The notes beneath the pieces are model-generated. The model made no database searches. It was given only the letters and a program-made list of their open reading frames with translations, and was not told where the DNA came from. From positions 6,807 through 70,806 of the forward strand of contig JBGUMP010000018.1 in the NCBI GenBank assembly GCA_045116875.1: DNA of 64,000 nucleotides, given 5' to 3'. Both the position numbers and the translations under genes were made by a program. Numbering within the stretch: the stretch's first letter is position 1; every line of letters begins with the position of its first letter. This stretch comes from Elusimicrobiaceae bacterium. Its GTDB lineage: Bacteria; Elusimicrobiota; Elusimicrobia; Elusimicrobiales; Elusimicrobiaceae. Below, piece after piece: positions 47,463 through 56,613 of the stretch.

Positions 47463-48404
47463 ATGAAGAAATTTATCGGGTTGCTTGCACTGCTTGGTTT
47501 ATTGAGTGCCAGTGCCTTGGCTAAACCCATTCTTAACGAAGAAACGGTTGCTAAACAAGTTCAAAAGAAGCTTCCCCAAAAGATGGCATTTTTAGTGGGG
47601 GGAAGCGGGGATGAATTGCGTGGTGGGGGAAATTTTACAACCGACTTTAACGAATGGAATTCTTTTTTACGATCACACGGTTGGACCGTGCACGGTTTTG
47701 TGGATTCTTCCAAAAAAACTCAACTGGAGCACGTCCAGAATTTTGATTGGGAAAAATTCAAAAACAGCTTGGAATCTTTAGCGCAAAATTCTCCCAAACA
47801 GGTGCTGATCGCCATTTTTACACATGGCAATTACGAAGAAGGGCAGCATACTATCGCTACCGAAGGGGAGAAATGGAAGTCCATTAAAGAATTAGAGCCG
47901 TTGCTGGCAGGACTGCGCCATCAAGGAGCACAAGTGGCCTTGATAGACGGCTCGTGCTATTCCGGCTATTCCGTGGAAGAATTGGAGAAGTCTGGGGCCT
48001 GTGTAATGTCTATGGCCGGTAAACAGGAGGGAACAGGCTTCATTACGAAGGCGGTTGCACACGGCTTGCCTTCTATGCCAAAAACAGGCAAAAAACCCTC
48101 TGTGGAAGATGTGTGGTTCTCGGTGTTAGAAAATTCAAATACGCGTTTAACACAGAAACCTCAAACCAGTGCGTTCAGAATCCCGATATACCTTTCTAAA
48201 GAGCAACGTGAGGATTTAAATGTATTTTTTCAAAAAGAGAGAAAATTGTTCCAAAGGATGTTCTCCGAGAAATCTTTGCAAGGAATAGAAGAATACCTGG
48301 AGAGTGGCAATTATATAGCCAATAGTATGGGAATTTTGGGGGTATTGTATCTTCAACAGCTTCCGGCGCATGAATCTAGGCCTTGTGCTGATTTCTATTT
48401 TTAA
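47463..48404 (+). CDS. Exported caspase/legumain-fold (C13-like) cysteine peptidase
   Basis: Signal peptide; LIAIFTHG and ALIDGSCYSG resemble the His-Gly / D-x-C-x-S-G dyad motifs. Confidence 0.6.
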   Translation: MKKFIGLLALLGLLSASALAKPILNEETVAKQVQKKLPQKMAFLVGGSGDELRGGGNFTTDFNEWNSFLRSHGWTVHGFVDSSKKTQLEHVQNFDWEKFKNSLESLAQNSPKQVLIAIFTHGNYEEGQHTIATEGEKWKSIKELEPLLAGLRHQGAQVALIDGSCYSGYSVEELEKSGACVMSMAGKQEGTGFITKAVAHGLPSMPKTGKKPSVEDVWFSVLENSNTRLTQKPQTSAFRIPIYLSKEQREDLNVFFQKERKLFQRMFSEKSLQGIEEYLESGNYIANSMGILGVLYLQQLPAHESRPCADFYF

Positions 48405-48434
48405 AAGGGATAGTTCCCTAAATGCTTCTTTTTT

Positions 48435-48492
48435 TGCTATAATATCCGTAGGGAAAAACCGCAGGGTAACCCTGCGGAATTTTTTGCCCTAC
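48435..48492 (+). promoter_or_regulatory. Extended -10 promoter and long hairpin leader of the rpsF operon
   Basis: TGCTATAAT (48435-43), then GTAGGG-AAAAA-CCGCAGGG-TAA-CCCTGCGG-AATTTTTTG-CCCTAC. Confidence 0.55.
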
Positions 48493-48515
48493 AAAACGCA
48501 AGAAAAGTAAAGTAT

Positions 48516-48830
48516 ATGAAAACGTACGAAAGCGTAATTATTGTAAAACCCCAACTCTCTGACGCAGAGGTAGGGGAACTTGTAGCCAAGGTGAAAGACT
48601 TGATTACAAAAAATAACGGAGAAGTAACCAGCGAAGAAAAACTGGGCAGACGCAAATTCACCCACGAAATTAATCACGTTCGCGATGGTTTCTATCTCTA
48701 TCTTAAGTTTAAAGCAGAACCCACGTTTATCAAAACGTTGGAAAACGCCCTGAAACTTAACAACAATGTTCTTCGCGCGATGACCATGCTCTCCTTGGAA
48801 ATCAAAGCGAAGCCGGCTCCCGTAAAATAG
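48516..48830 (+). CDS. rpsF: 30S ribosomal protein S6
   Basis: YESVIIVKP, LGRRKF, VLRAM; first gene of rpsF-ssb-rpsR-rplI. Confidence 0.95.
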   Translation: MKTYESVIIVKPQLSDAEVGELVAKVKDLITKNNGEVTSEEKLGRRKFTHEINHVRDGFYLYLKFKAEPTFIKTLENALKLNNNVLRAMTMLSLEIKAKPAPVK

Positions 48831-48840
48831 GAAAATAACT

Positions 48841-49296
48841 ATGCCAGCTCAACTTAGACTACCGGAACAAAACCTAGCGCTTCTAGTCGGACGGTTAACA
48901 CGTGACCCGAATGTGGCGTTTACGCAAAAAGGTCAGGCAGTGTGCCGTTGTGATATTGCGGTCAACCGCAGATATATGGATAAAACCACAAACGAGTGGA
49001 AAGATGATACTGTGTTTGTTCCCATCGTCATTTGGGGCGCGGCAGCCGAACGGTGCAAAGACCGCTTAAAAAAGGGCACTCCCATTAGCGTGGAAGGCCG
49101 CTTAACTTTAAGCGAATACACCGATAAAACAACCGGGCAGACCCGCAGATCCCTGCAGGTAACTGCTTCCAGAGTCCAAATCTTAGAATTTGGAGCAGCG
49201 GGCGCTTCGTCCTTTGCGGACAATGAAGGAGTGTCCCCCGCTGTGAAAGACGACGTCCCTACCACTGACGTGGCGGAAGATGACGTGCCTTTCTAA
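48841..49296 (+). CDS. ssb: Single-stranded DNA-binding protein
   Basis: LVGRLTRDP, VEGRL, acidic tail DDVPF. Confidence 0.95.
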   Translation: MPAQLRLPEQNLALLVGRLTRDPNVAFTQKGQAVCRCDIAVNRRYMDKTTNEWKDDTVFVPIVIWGAAAERCKDRLKKGTPISVEGRLTLSEYTDKTTGQTRRSLQVTASRVQILEFGAAGASSFADNEGVSPAVKDDVPTTDVAEDDVPF

Positions 49297-49320
49297 CTTA
49301 CAACCAAGAGAGATATAAAA

Positions 49321-49650
49321 ATGGCTGAAGAAATTAAAAACACCCAAGCCCCGGCTGCAGAAAATACCACTGCGGCTACCCCGGCTGCCCGTGGCGAACG
49401 CCCGGCCCGCCCGTTTGGGGCCAAACGGCGCTTTGAAAGCAGAAGAAAAGTCTGCAAACTTTGCGCTGAAAAGATGGATAGCATCGATTATAAAAACTTC
49501 CAATTCGTAAAATCTTTTACGATGGAAAGCGGCAAGATTTTATCCCGCCGCATTACCGGCACCTGCGCCAAGCACCAACGCCAAATCACCAAAGCAATTA
49601 AACGTGACCGCAACTTGGCCATCTTGCCGTATTCTTTACCTAAGAAATAA
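49321..49650 (+). CDS. rpsR: 30S ribosomal protein S18
   Basis: IDYKN, GKILSRRITGTCAKHQR, LAILPY. Confidence 0.96.
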   Translation: MAEEIKNTQAPAAENTTAATPAARGERPARPFGAKRRFESRRKVCKLCAEKMDSIDYKNFQFVKSFTMESGKILSRRITGTCAKHQRQITKAIKRDRNLAILPYSLPKK

Positions 49651-49662
49651 GCGAGGTCTGTC

Positions 49663-50157
49663 ATGAAAGTTATCTTGAAAGAAAACGTGAAAAACTTAGG
49701 TATGGTGGGAACCGTAGTGGATGTAAAACCCGGTTATGCCCGCAACTTTTTAGTCCCGCACCGCTTGGCGGAAATCGCCACCGAAGGTGCCATTAAAAAT
49801 TGGCAATTAGGCGCAGAACGCCGCCAAAAACGCATTGAAGCCGAACTGGCTGAAGCCCGCACCATCGCCGAAAAATTAAATGGTGTTGTGCTCTCTTTCA
49901 CCAAAACGGTCAATGCGGACGGCGTAGTATTCGGTTCCGTAAACAAAGCCGATATCTACAAAGCCCTTACCGAACAAGGCCACAAATTGGGTAAAGACGC
50001 TATTGAGCTCAATATGCCGATTAAGGCCCTGGGTGAAACGGAAGTAAGCATTTACTTAAAGCCCACGGTATTTGCCAAAATCAAAGTGCAAATTAACCCG
50101 CTTACCACGGTAGAAGAAAAAATCGCTGATGCGAAACCTGCCGAAGAAGCCAAATAA
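49663..50157 (+). CDS. rplI: 50S ribosomal protein L9
   Basis: MKVILKENVKNLG, VKPGYARNFL, VFGSV. Confidence 0.96.
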   Translation: MKVILKENVKNLGMVGTVVDVKPGYARNFLVPHRLAEIATEGAIKNWQLGAERRQKRIEAELAEARTIAEKLNGVVLSFTKTVNADGVVFGSVNKADIYKALTEQGHKLGKDAIELNMPIKALGETEVSIYLKPTVFAKIKVQINPLTTVEEKIADAKPAEEAK

Positions 50158-50183
50158 TAATTACACCGAGCTTGCGTTTTAAA

Positions 50184-50214
50184 AAGCACCCCCACCTATA
50201 AGGTGGGGGTGTTT
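50184..50214. terminator. Bidirectional intrinsic terminator
   Basis: aagcacccccacc-tataa-ggtgggggtgttt. Confidence 0.8.
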
Positions 50215-50221
50215 GCTTAAT

Positions 50222-50755
50222 TTATCTTCGTATTGCTATTTTATCATCCAGTTGTCTTCGCTCTCCACACGGGGTCCCGGGCAAACAAGCGGCCGGATGA
50301 GGACGCAGGTTTAGCGTGGGTGCGCTTTGGGTATATCCGGCTGTTTCGGCCATACCACAGAACTGCTCATCTTCGGGGGGAATACATCTTTTTGTAATGG
50401 TGCCGTCTGTCCGGACGGTTAAAACCAATTGTCCGCCATTATACATACCGCCCGAGCGGGTCATGGTTTGCACCCCGTCTGCCTCTCCTACTTCCAAGGT
50501 CCAGCTACCTCCCTCTGCCGGGCCCGGGATGGTGATATCCCCTCTGGAATTTAAGTCGCTCAGTCCGGAGGCGAACTCACTGTACATCATGTAGAAAACA
50601 CTTTGTGCAGTCCCCAAGTCCCCTAGAATTTGCACAGCTTCCGCCATGCGTGAACGTTCTACAGCTTTGGTATATTGGGGCAACGCAATTGACGCCAAGA
50701 TACCAATAATGAGCACTACTACCAGTAGCTCAATTAATGTGAAACCTTTATTCAT
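50222..50755 (-). CDS. Type IV pilin-like protein (PilE-like)
   Basis: AAGGAGG RBS, MNKG|FTLIELLVVVLIIGILASIALPQY prepilin motif, C-terminal Cys pair. Confidence 0.9.
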   Translation of the reverse strand: MNKGFTLIELLVVVLIIGILASIALPQYTKAVERSRMAEAVQILGDLGTAQSVFYMMYSEFASGLSDLNSRGDITIPGPAEGGSWTLEVGEADGVQTMTRSGGMYNGGQLVLTVRTDGTITKRCIPPEDEQFCGMAETAGYTQSAPTLNLRPHPAACLPGTPCGERRQLDDKIAIRR

Positions 50756-50956
50756 AAGATTACCTCCTTTTATGGCAAGGTAAGAGGGCATACTCCCTCT
50801 ATTTAATAGTTTAGGCAACTTGACAAAAAATCCAAGACCTGAATGCAAAATAGGCCTTGACAAAAAGGCCATTTGTATTGGGAAAACGGGCCTTTTTGGG
50901 GGGCTAAAACAGTCATAAAAAAGCACGCCCGGTCAGCGTGCTTGAAAGGGAATAAT

Positions 50957-51238
50957 TTATTGATATACCGCGTAGGTGATTTTGCCGGGTTCCGGCGGAT
51001 CGGGGATGCCTTTTTTCTTGCGTTCCTCGCTTTGGGCCAACTTGGCTTTGAGCAAGCGTTGTACTTCTTTGTTAATAAAGGAGGCCTCCCTGCGGTTTAA
51101 AAAGATAGTACTCTCTTCAACCTGAACAGTGGGTACATTACTCACTACCTCTGGCTTGGCAGAGGGATTTGCGCCTAACTGTACACGCCCGCTTTTTGTT
51201 GTAACCATCATTTTGCACCAATTTAAAATCCGTTTCAT
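50957..51238 (-). CDS. Small hypothetical protein
   Basis: AGGGGG RBS; 93-aa ORF fills the gap; preceded by the candidate operator. Confidence 0.5.
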   Translation of the reverse strand: MKRILNWCKMMVTTKSGRVQLGANPSAKPEVVSNVPTVQVEESTIFLNRREASFINKEVQRLLKAKLAQSEERKKKGIPDPPEPGKITYAVYQ

Positions 51239-51284
51239 AGGGTACCCCCTGTGTACTGCTTCTATATTTATATGATAAATCTTC

Positions 51285-51391
51285 TAGGGTTAAATCCCCA
51301 GGGTCCTAGGACCCGCCCTCGGCCGGAAAAAAGGCCCGCATTTTGGGGCATCTGTGGCCTAGAGGCATCTAGGTCCTAGGACCTAGATGCC
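51285..51391. promoter_or_regulatory. Cluster of CTAG-centred palindromes including a perfect 28-bp inverted repeat
   Basis: GGGTCCTAGGACCC (51301-14) and GGCATCTAGGTCCT|AGGACCTAGATGCC (51364-91), in a divergent intergenic region. Confidence 0.7.
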
Positions 51392-51447
51392 CTGACAAAT
51401 AGCGCGTTTTCGCCGTCATAAGTGCTATAATGATAATAAGGAGTATT

Positions 51448-53160
51448 ATGTCTGTATTTTCTAAACTTTTTAAATTATTTTTGGCGATTGTGTTTTTCCC
51501 GCTGATTCCCATGCTACTGCTTTTGGGATATTATCAGGTGCATCTCAAAGATAATATCCTGGACACACACGCCAATTTAGCCGAAATGGTAGCCACTTCC
51601 ATTAGCCAGCACATTGAAGATTTAACGTGGCGTTTGGCATTTTCCGAGCAAGTAACACAAGCGCTTACTCAGCATAAAACTCCGTTGCCCGCCTTGCAAA
51701 ATGCATTGGCCGCCAACCCGGATTTTGTATTTTTGGCAGTGCTTTCGAAAGAAGGTGTTGAAAAATACCGTGCTGCTACCTCGGCCGAAGTGTCTAATAC
51801 AATTGCCCCGATTAATTTAAAAGAGGATCCTTCACTGGTGGGGCTTACCCAAAACCCACATTTGCTGGTCAGTAGTTTTGAAGTGATGGCCGATCGGCCG
51901 ATTAGTGAATTTCTCTATCCACTTTCTAATGGAGATTATTTGTATGGGGTACTTAGTTTCTTTGGCTTTTTGGCCCGTGTGCAACAACAGCGTATCGGCA
52001 ATACCGGGCACATTTATATTGTGGACCAAAGCGGGCAGGTATATGTGAGTGACTATCAGCAAGCGCCGGCATTTGATGCAGAAACGTTTGAGCGGGCATT
52101 CGCGTCGGAATCCCCGTTAATTAAGTCCATTAAAACCGACCAACATACTTACGTGGGTGCGTATGCTACTACGCCACTATTGGGAGTGCATGTGGCAGTA
52201 TTGCAGCTTAAATCCGAAGCGTACCGCAGTATCTATCATACCAACATTATCTTGGCGCTCTTTTTACTAACGATTGCTACGCTAGCTTACTTTGGGGCGC
52301 TGACATTTGCCGAGCAAGTAGGTGAGCCGATTGCGGCTCTTTCGCAAGCCGCCGCCCAAGTCAGTACGGGCGATTTGGATGTGCACGTGGACCCGGAAAT
52401 CGGCTGGGGGGAATTTAAACGGCTCATTCACGATTTCAACCAAATGACGGTAGATTTAAAAGGGTATCAAGCGTTACGTTTGCAAGCGCAAGTAAGCCAA
52501 ATGAAAGAGCAAGTGTTCCGCGCCGTGGCGCATGATTTGCGGGCACCTTTAATGGGGCTACAAGGATACATTTATATTTTGAAAAATGGGGAAGTGTCGG
52601 CACAAGAAAAGCAAAATTATTTAAAGCTGATGGATGAAGCCGCACAAAATTTATCGGCCTTACTGGAGGATGTGCTGGATGTATCGCGCTTGGAAGCGGG
52701 GATGGCCCAGGTACAAAAGCAAACGGTTGATTTGAAAAAATTAGTGCGCGAAGTGTTTGATACGGTCCGCCCTACGGCGGCGGAAAAACAGCTGGAGTTA
52801 AGCAGTGAAATTGATTGCCCCCAAATGATGGCTGACCCCAAAGCGTTTAAACGTGTGTTGACGAACTTAGTGTCCAACGCAGTTAAATTTACGGAGAAAG
52901 GATTTGTCCGCGTGATAGCGTCCCAGGATGAAAAATCATATACTGTAAAAGTAGAGGACAGCGGAATTGGCCTTTCGGAGCAAGAAATCAAAGGGCTGTT
53001 TCAAAAATATCATCAAGTCCACCCGGATAAACCCGGCTATGGGCTGGGGCTGTTTATCAGCCGGCAGTTAGTGCAAGCGCACGGCGGTACGTTGGCCGTA
53101 TCTTCCGTGCCCAAGCAAGGCAGCTGTTTCACAATTCAAATTCCTAAGGAGCAAGCATGA
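51448..53160 (+). CDS. Sensor histidine kinase (periplasmic Cache-like, HAMP, HisKA, HATPase)
   Basis: VAHDLRAPL H-box, NLVSNAVKFT, VEDSGIG, GYGLGLFI. Confidence 0.93.
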   Translation: MSVFSKLFKLFLAIVFFPLIPMLLLLGYYQVHLKDNILDTHANLAEMVATSISQHIEDLTWRLAFSEQVTQALTQHKTPLPALQNALAANPDFVFLAVLSKEGVEKYRAATSAEVSNTIAPINLKEDPSLVGLTQNPHLLVSSFEVMADRPISEFLYPLSNGDYLYGVLSFFGFLARVQQQRIGNTGHIYIVDQSGQVYVSDYQQAPAFDAETFERAFASESPLIKSIKTDQHTYVGAYATTPLLGVHVAVLQLKSEAYRSIYHTNIILALFLLTIATLAYFGALTFAEQVGEPIAALSQAAAQVSTGDLDVHVDPEIGWGEFKRLIHDFNQMTVDLKGYQALRLQAQVSQMKEQVFRAVAHDLRAPLMGLQGYIYILKNGEVSAQEKQNYLKLMDEAAQNLSALLEDVLDVSRLEAGMAQVQKQTVDLKKLVREVFDTVRPTAAEKQLELSSEIDCPQMMADPKAFKRVLTNLVSNAVKFTEKGFVRVIASQDEKSYTVKVEDSGIGLSEQEIKGLFQKYHQVHPDKPGYGLGLFISRQLVQAHGGTLAVSSVPKQGSCFTIQIPKEQA

Positions 53161-53870
53161 TTGTATTTTGGCGTTTGTTTTTAGCTGTTATATTCACAGA
53201 CTTTGTGTTTTTCCACAAGGGGCTATACCGGCAAGACCAAGAAGGTCGCGTGAAAGCAATGGCAATCCGTGCCAGATCGTTTGCGCTACTGGCGCTGTTG
53301 TTGTGTCACCGTTATTTAACGGAGGGCTGGCCCTTTTTAGAGGAAGTAACGCTGCCCGGTTGGCTGTGTATTTTATTATTTGCCCTGTTCCACGGGTTTA
53401 CGGATCATTACTTCCGCTTAGGCGGAAAAATCAAATACGGCTATACGCTCTCTTTCTTCCTGAAAAATTTTGTAAATACCCTGTTTTTAGTGCTCATTGC
53501 CCCGTTTAGAACCTTGTATGAAACGGGCAATTTCTTTGCAGAGCCGTGGGTCGTATTTTTGGTGGGGTTGCTGTTAGCTACGCGCGTGCTGGGCTGGTTT
53601 ATCTTTGCGGTGGAGCAAGATAAATACGGGCGGGATTATCCGTCGTTTGATGAACAATGGCTTTTGGCGTTGGTGCGGGCTATTTTCTTTTTACTCATGT
53701 TGCTGCCGGGGTTACGCTGGGCGGTTGTATTTGTGGTGTGGATGGGCGCGTGTATATATGCACGCAAAATCCGCTTATTGGACGTGCCCACCTGGGCCTT
53801 TTTAGTAGGGGCTTTTGGGGCGGCGTTTATTGGGTTTTTGGTGCGCTTGCGCTTCTATTTAGTGGGATAA
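53157..53870 (+). CDS. Polytopic membrane protein (DUF3307-like)
   Basis: Multiple hydrophobic segments, FHGFTDH motif; overlaps the kinase stop codon. Confidence 0.65.
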   Translation: MIVFWRLFLAVIFTDFVFFHKGLYRQDQEGRVKAMAIRARSFALLALLLCHRYLTEGWPFLEEVTLPGWLCILLFALFHGFTDHYFRLGGKIKYGYTLSFFLKNFVNTLFLVLIAPFRTLYETGNFFAEPWVVFLVGLLLATRVLGWFIFAVEQDKYGRDYPSFDEQWLLALVRAIFFLLMLLPGLRWAVVFVVWMGACIYARKIRLLDVPTWAFLVGAFGAAFIGFLVRLRFYLVG

Positions 53871-53872
53871 AT

Positions 53873-54484
53873 ATGTTACTAAAAGATGTTCGTTTTGCTT
53901 GTTTGGATACGGAAACAACGGGTCTATCGCCCGAAGGCGGCGGCCGCGTGTGTGAAGTAGCGGTAAGCGTTTCCAAAGCCGGGCGTTGTATGGACGAGTT
54001 TACCACGCTGATTAATCCCCAAATGCCCATGCACCCGGATGTAATTGCCATTCACGGCATTACCAATGAAATGGTCAAAACGGCCCCTACGTTTCAGGAA
54101 GTGTTGCCCAAATTGTTGGGCGTGTTGGACAACTGTGTGGTAGTGGCGCACAATGCCGATTTCGATATTAATTTTTTACAATGGGAATTTGAACAATGCG
54201 GAATGCGTTTTCCCAAATATCCTGTAGTAGATACACTAAAACTGGCTAAGAAAAGCGGACGTTTTGAAAAAAACCGCCTGGGTTTTATTGCCGAAAAACT
54301 AGGCATCAGCTCGGTGGGATGGCACCGCGCTATGGCTGACACCAAAATGGCCGAGCAAATTCTGTATTATTTTATAAACGAACTGGGCAAACAGGGGGTA
54401 ACCACCTTGGAGCAATTGCAACAGTTCCAATTTAAACGCTGGAAAGATTTACTTTGTAACCAGAAGGAGAATGTATATGAATAA
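53873..54484 (+). CDS. DEDDh 3'-5' exonuclease (DnaQ/PolC-like)
   Basis: LDTETTGL, IHGIT, VAHNADFD, HRAMADT; start ATG 53873. Confidence 0.92.
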   Translation: MLLKDVRFACLDTETTGLSPEGGGRVCEVAVSVSKAGRCMDEFTTLINPQMPMHPDVIAIHGITNEMVKTAPTFQEVLPKLLGVLDNCVVVAHNADFDINFLQWEFEQCGMRFPKYPVVDTLKLAKKSGRFEKNRLGFIAEKLGISSVGWHRAMADTKMAEQILYYFINELGKQGVTTLEQLQQFQFKRWKDLLCNQKENVYE

Positions 54485-56033
54485 AGTTGTATTATTAATC
54501 CGGGATGGGTGGGGCAATGCCAAAGCAGGCCCGTACAATGCCGTATCAAACGCCAATATCCCGAATATGAAAAAATATTTAGCCAATTATCCCCATACGG
54601 AAATTGAAGCCTCCGGTGAGCAAGTAGGTTTGCCGGCGGGATATATGGGGTCCAGTGAAGTAGGGCATCTTAACATGGGGGCCGGGCGTATTGTTATCCA
54701 AGAACTCAAACGCTTGAAAGATACCATTGAAGATGGTTCACTATTCAAATCCGCCCCGTTTGCCGCCTGCATGGACAACTGCCTTAAAAACCACAAACCG
54801 CTTCACATCATGGGGCTTGTACAAGACGAAGGTGTCCACGCCCATCAAGACCATTTGCACGCCATTATCAAATTTGCCGCCGAACAAGGCATCAAAGAAG
54901 TGTATGTGCACTTTTTTGCCGATGGTCGTGATACGCCGCCGCAAAGCTCTATCGGCTTTATCCGCACGCTTGAAGAAAAAATGAAAGAATACGGCGTGGG
55001 TAAAATCGCCACTATTCAAGGGCGCTATTATGCTATGGACCGCGGCGAAGATTGGAACCTGACCGACAAAGCTTACAACCTAATTGTGCGTGCCCAAGGG
55101 TTGCACGGTACCACCGCGGAAGAAGTAGTTTCTACCGATTATAAAACGATGAAAACACCCGATGGCGGCCCCATGGTGGACGAATACATCCCGCCTACGG
55201 TACTGGGCGATTATAAAGGTATGGAAGAAAATTCTTCCGTCATTTTCTTTAACTTCCGCCAGGACCGCGCCATCCAACTTACCCGCGCGTTTATTGATGA
55301 TGATTATCCGGGCAAAAACCGCGGCACCCGTGTACCGTGTGTGTATTGCGGATTGACAAAATATTATGATGCTTTCCCGTACAATGCCTTGCCTTCTATG
55401 ACGGACGGTGGGGGAATGAATAACCTGTTGGGGGAAGTTATTTCTAAGGCGGGGCTCAAACAACTGCGCTTGGCGGAAACGCAAAAATTCAAACACGTAA
55501 CGTCTTTCTTTAACGGGAAACTGATTAAACCCTACCCCGGTGAGGACCGCATTGAAAAGAAAGGCCGCTTTGACCCAGCCACATTTGCCGACCATCCGGA
55601 AATGGAGGCCTACATCGTTAAAGATGAAGCCATTGCGCAAATCAACAGCGAAAAATATGACTTTATTGTCATCAACTTTGCCAACTGCGATATGGTAGGT
55701 CATACGGGTAATTTAAAATCCGTCATCAAAGCAGTGGAAGTGGTAGATGAATGTACCGGTGCCGTTACCGAGGCCGCCCTCGCTAAAGGATACACGGTTT
55801 TCATTACTGCAGACCACGGAAACGCGGAAGAGATGTGGGATGAAAAAATCAATATGCCCAAAACAGCCCACACCACTAACTTGGTGGACTTTGTGTATGT
55901 GAGCAAAGATCATACAAATGCCCAAATGGCCAAAACCGGTAATTTAGGTGATGTAGCCGCCACGGTACTGGACGTAATGGGGCTTGAAAAACCGGCCGAC
56001 ATGACGGCCAAAAGCTTAATTGTAAAGAAATAA
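54477..56033 (+). CDS. gpmI: 2,3-bisphosphoglycerate-independent phosphoglycerate mutase
   Basis: DGWG, GSSEVGH, DGRDTPP, GRYYAMDR, DMVGHTG, TADHGN. Confidence 0.97.
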   Translation: MNKVVLLIRDGWGNAKAGPYNAVSNANIPNMKKYLANYPHTEIEASGEQVGLPAGYMGSSEVGHLNMGAGRIVIQELKRLKDTIEDGSLFKSAPFAACMDNCLKNHKPLHIMGLVQDEGVHAHQDHLHAIIKFAAEQGIKEVYVHFFADGRDTPPQSSIGFIRTLEEKMKEYGVGKIATIQGRYYAMDRGEDWNLTDKAYNLIVRAQGLHGTTAEEVVSTDYKTMKTPDGGPMVDEYIPPTVLGDYKGMEENSSVIFFNFRQDRAIQLTRAFIDDDYPGKNRGTRVPCVYCGLTKYYDAFPYNALPSMTDGGGMNNLLGEVISKAGLKQLRLAETQKFKHVTSFFNGKLIKPYPGEDRIEKKGRFDPATFADHPEMEAYIVKDEAIAQINSEKYDFIVINFANCDMVGHTGNLKSVIKAVEVVDECTGAVTEAALAKGYTVFITADHGNAEEMWDEKINMPKTAHTTNLVDFVYVSKDHTNAQMAKTGNLGDVAATVLDVMGLEKPADMTAKSLIVKK

Positions 56034-56049
56034 AGAAAATGATGTATGG

Positions 56050-56080
56050 AAAAACCTCTCCCTTAGGGGAGAGGTTTTTT
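56050..56080. terminator. Bidirectional intrinsic terminator
   Basis: aaaaacctctccc-ttag-gggagaggtttttt. Confidence 0.85.
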
Positions 56081-56097
56081 GTGGGTAAATCCGTATC

Positions 56098-56613
56098 TTA
56101 GATAGGTTCGCCTCCGCCGGTAATCACACCTTGTATGTAGCCGGCCGTTTCTACCATGGAGCAAAACTCTCGCTGTTTTGTTGCGCTCAGCGCGTGGCTG
56201 GGGTCAGAAGCGCATATACGTGTTTCAGTGCCGTTTTGTGCAATGTCAATCATGAGTCGCCCATACTGATATGTGCCGCTTGTGCGTTCGGCAATCACTT
56301 GCCCATGCTGGTTTGTCGGATCGACGCCAAAGCCAATGCTATAGTTGGGGGTGCTGGCGTTTGAATACGTAATAACCATGTTGTTAATATCGGCTAGGTT
56401 CTGAGGGAAACGATCGTTTTCCATGTAAAATAACTTTACGCCCTTTGTGAGACTGCTTAATTTTTCAATAGCTTCAGTGGTGCGGGCGCGTTCCACGGCC
56501 TTAGTGTATTGCGGCAACGCAATGGAGGCCAAAATCCCGATAATTAGTACCACTACTAATAGCTCAATGAGCGTAAACCCTTGAGGGCTCCCAACAGGAA
56601 TGCTTTTGTTCAT
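56098..56613 (-). CDS. Type IV pilin-like protein (PilE-like)
   Basis: MNKSIPVGSPQG|FTLIELLVVVLIIGILASIALPQY; GAGG RBS before ATG 56613. Confidence 0.9.
   Translation of the reverse strand: MNKSIPVGSPQGFTLIELLVVVLIIGILASIALPQYTKAVERARTTEAIEKLSSLTKGVKLFYMENDRFPQNLADINNMVITYSNASTPNYSIGFGVDPTNQHGQVIAERTSGTYQYGRLMIDIAQNGTETRICASDPSHALSATKQREFCSMVETAGYIQGVITGGGEPI

Noticed and set aside
50756-50926. Long N-terminal extension on the pilin in the ORF track
   Set aside because: A strong AAGGAGG RBS precedes ATG 50755, giving a normal short prepilin leader.
53657-53872. N-terminal extension of the exonuclease ORF
   Set aside because: Overlaps the upstream membrane gene; the domain starts at ATG 53873.
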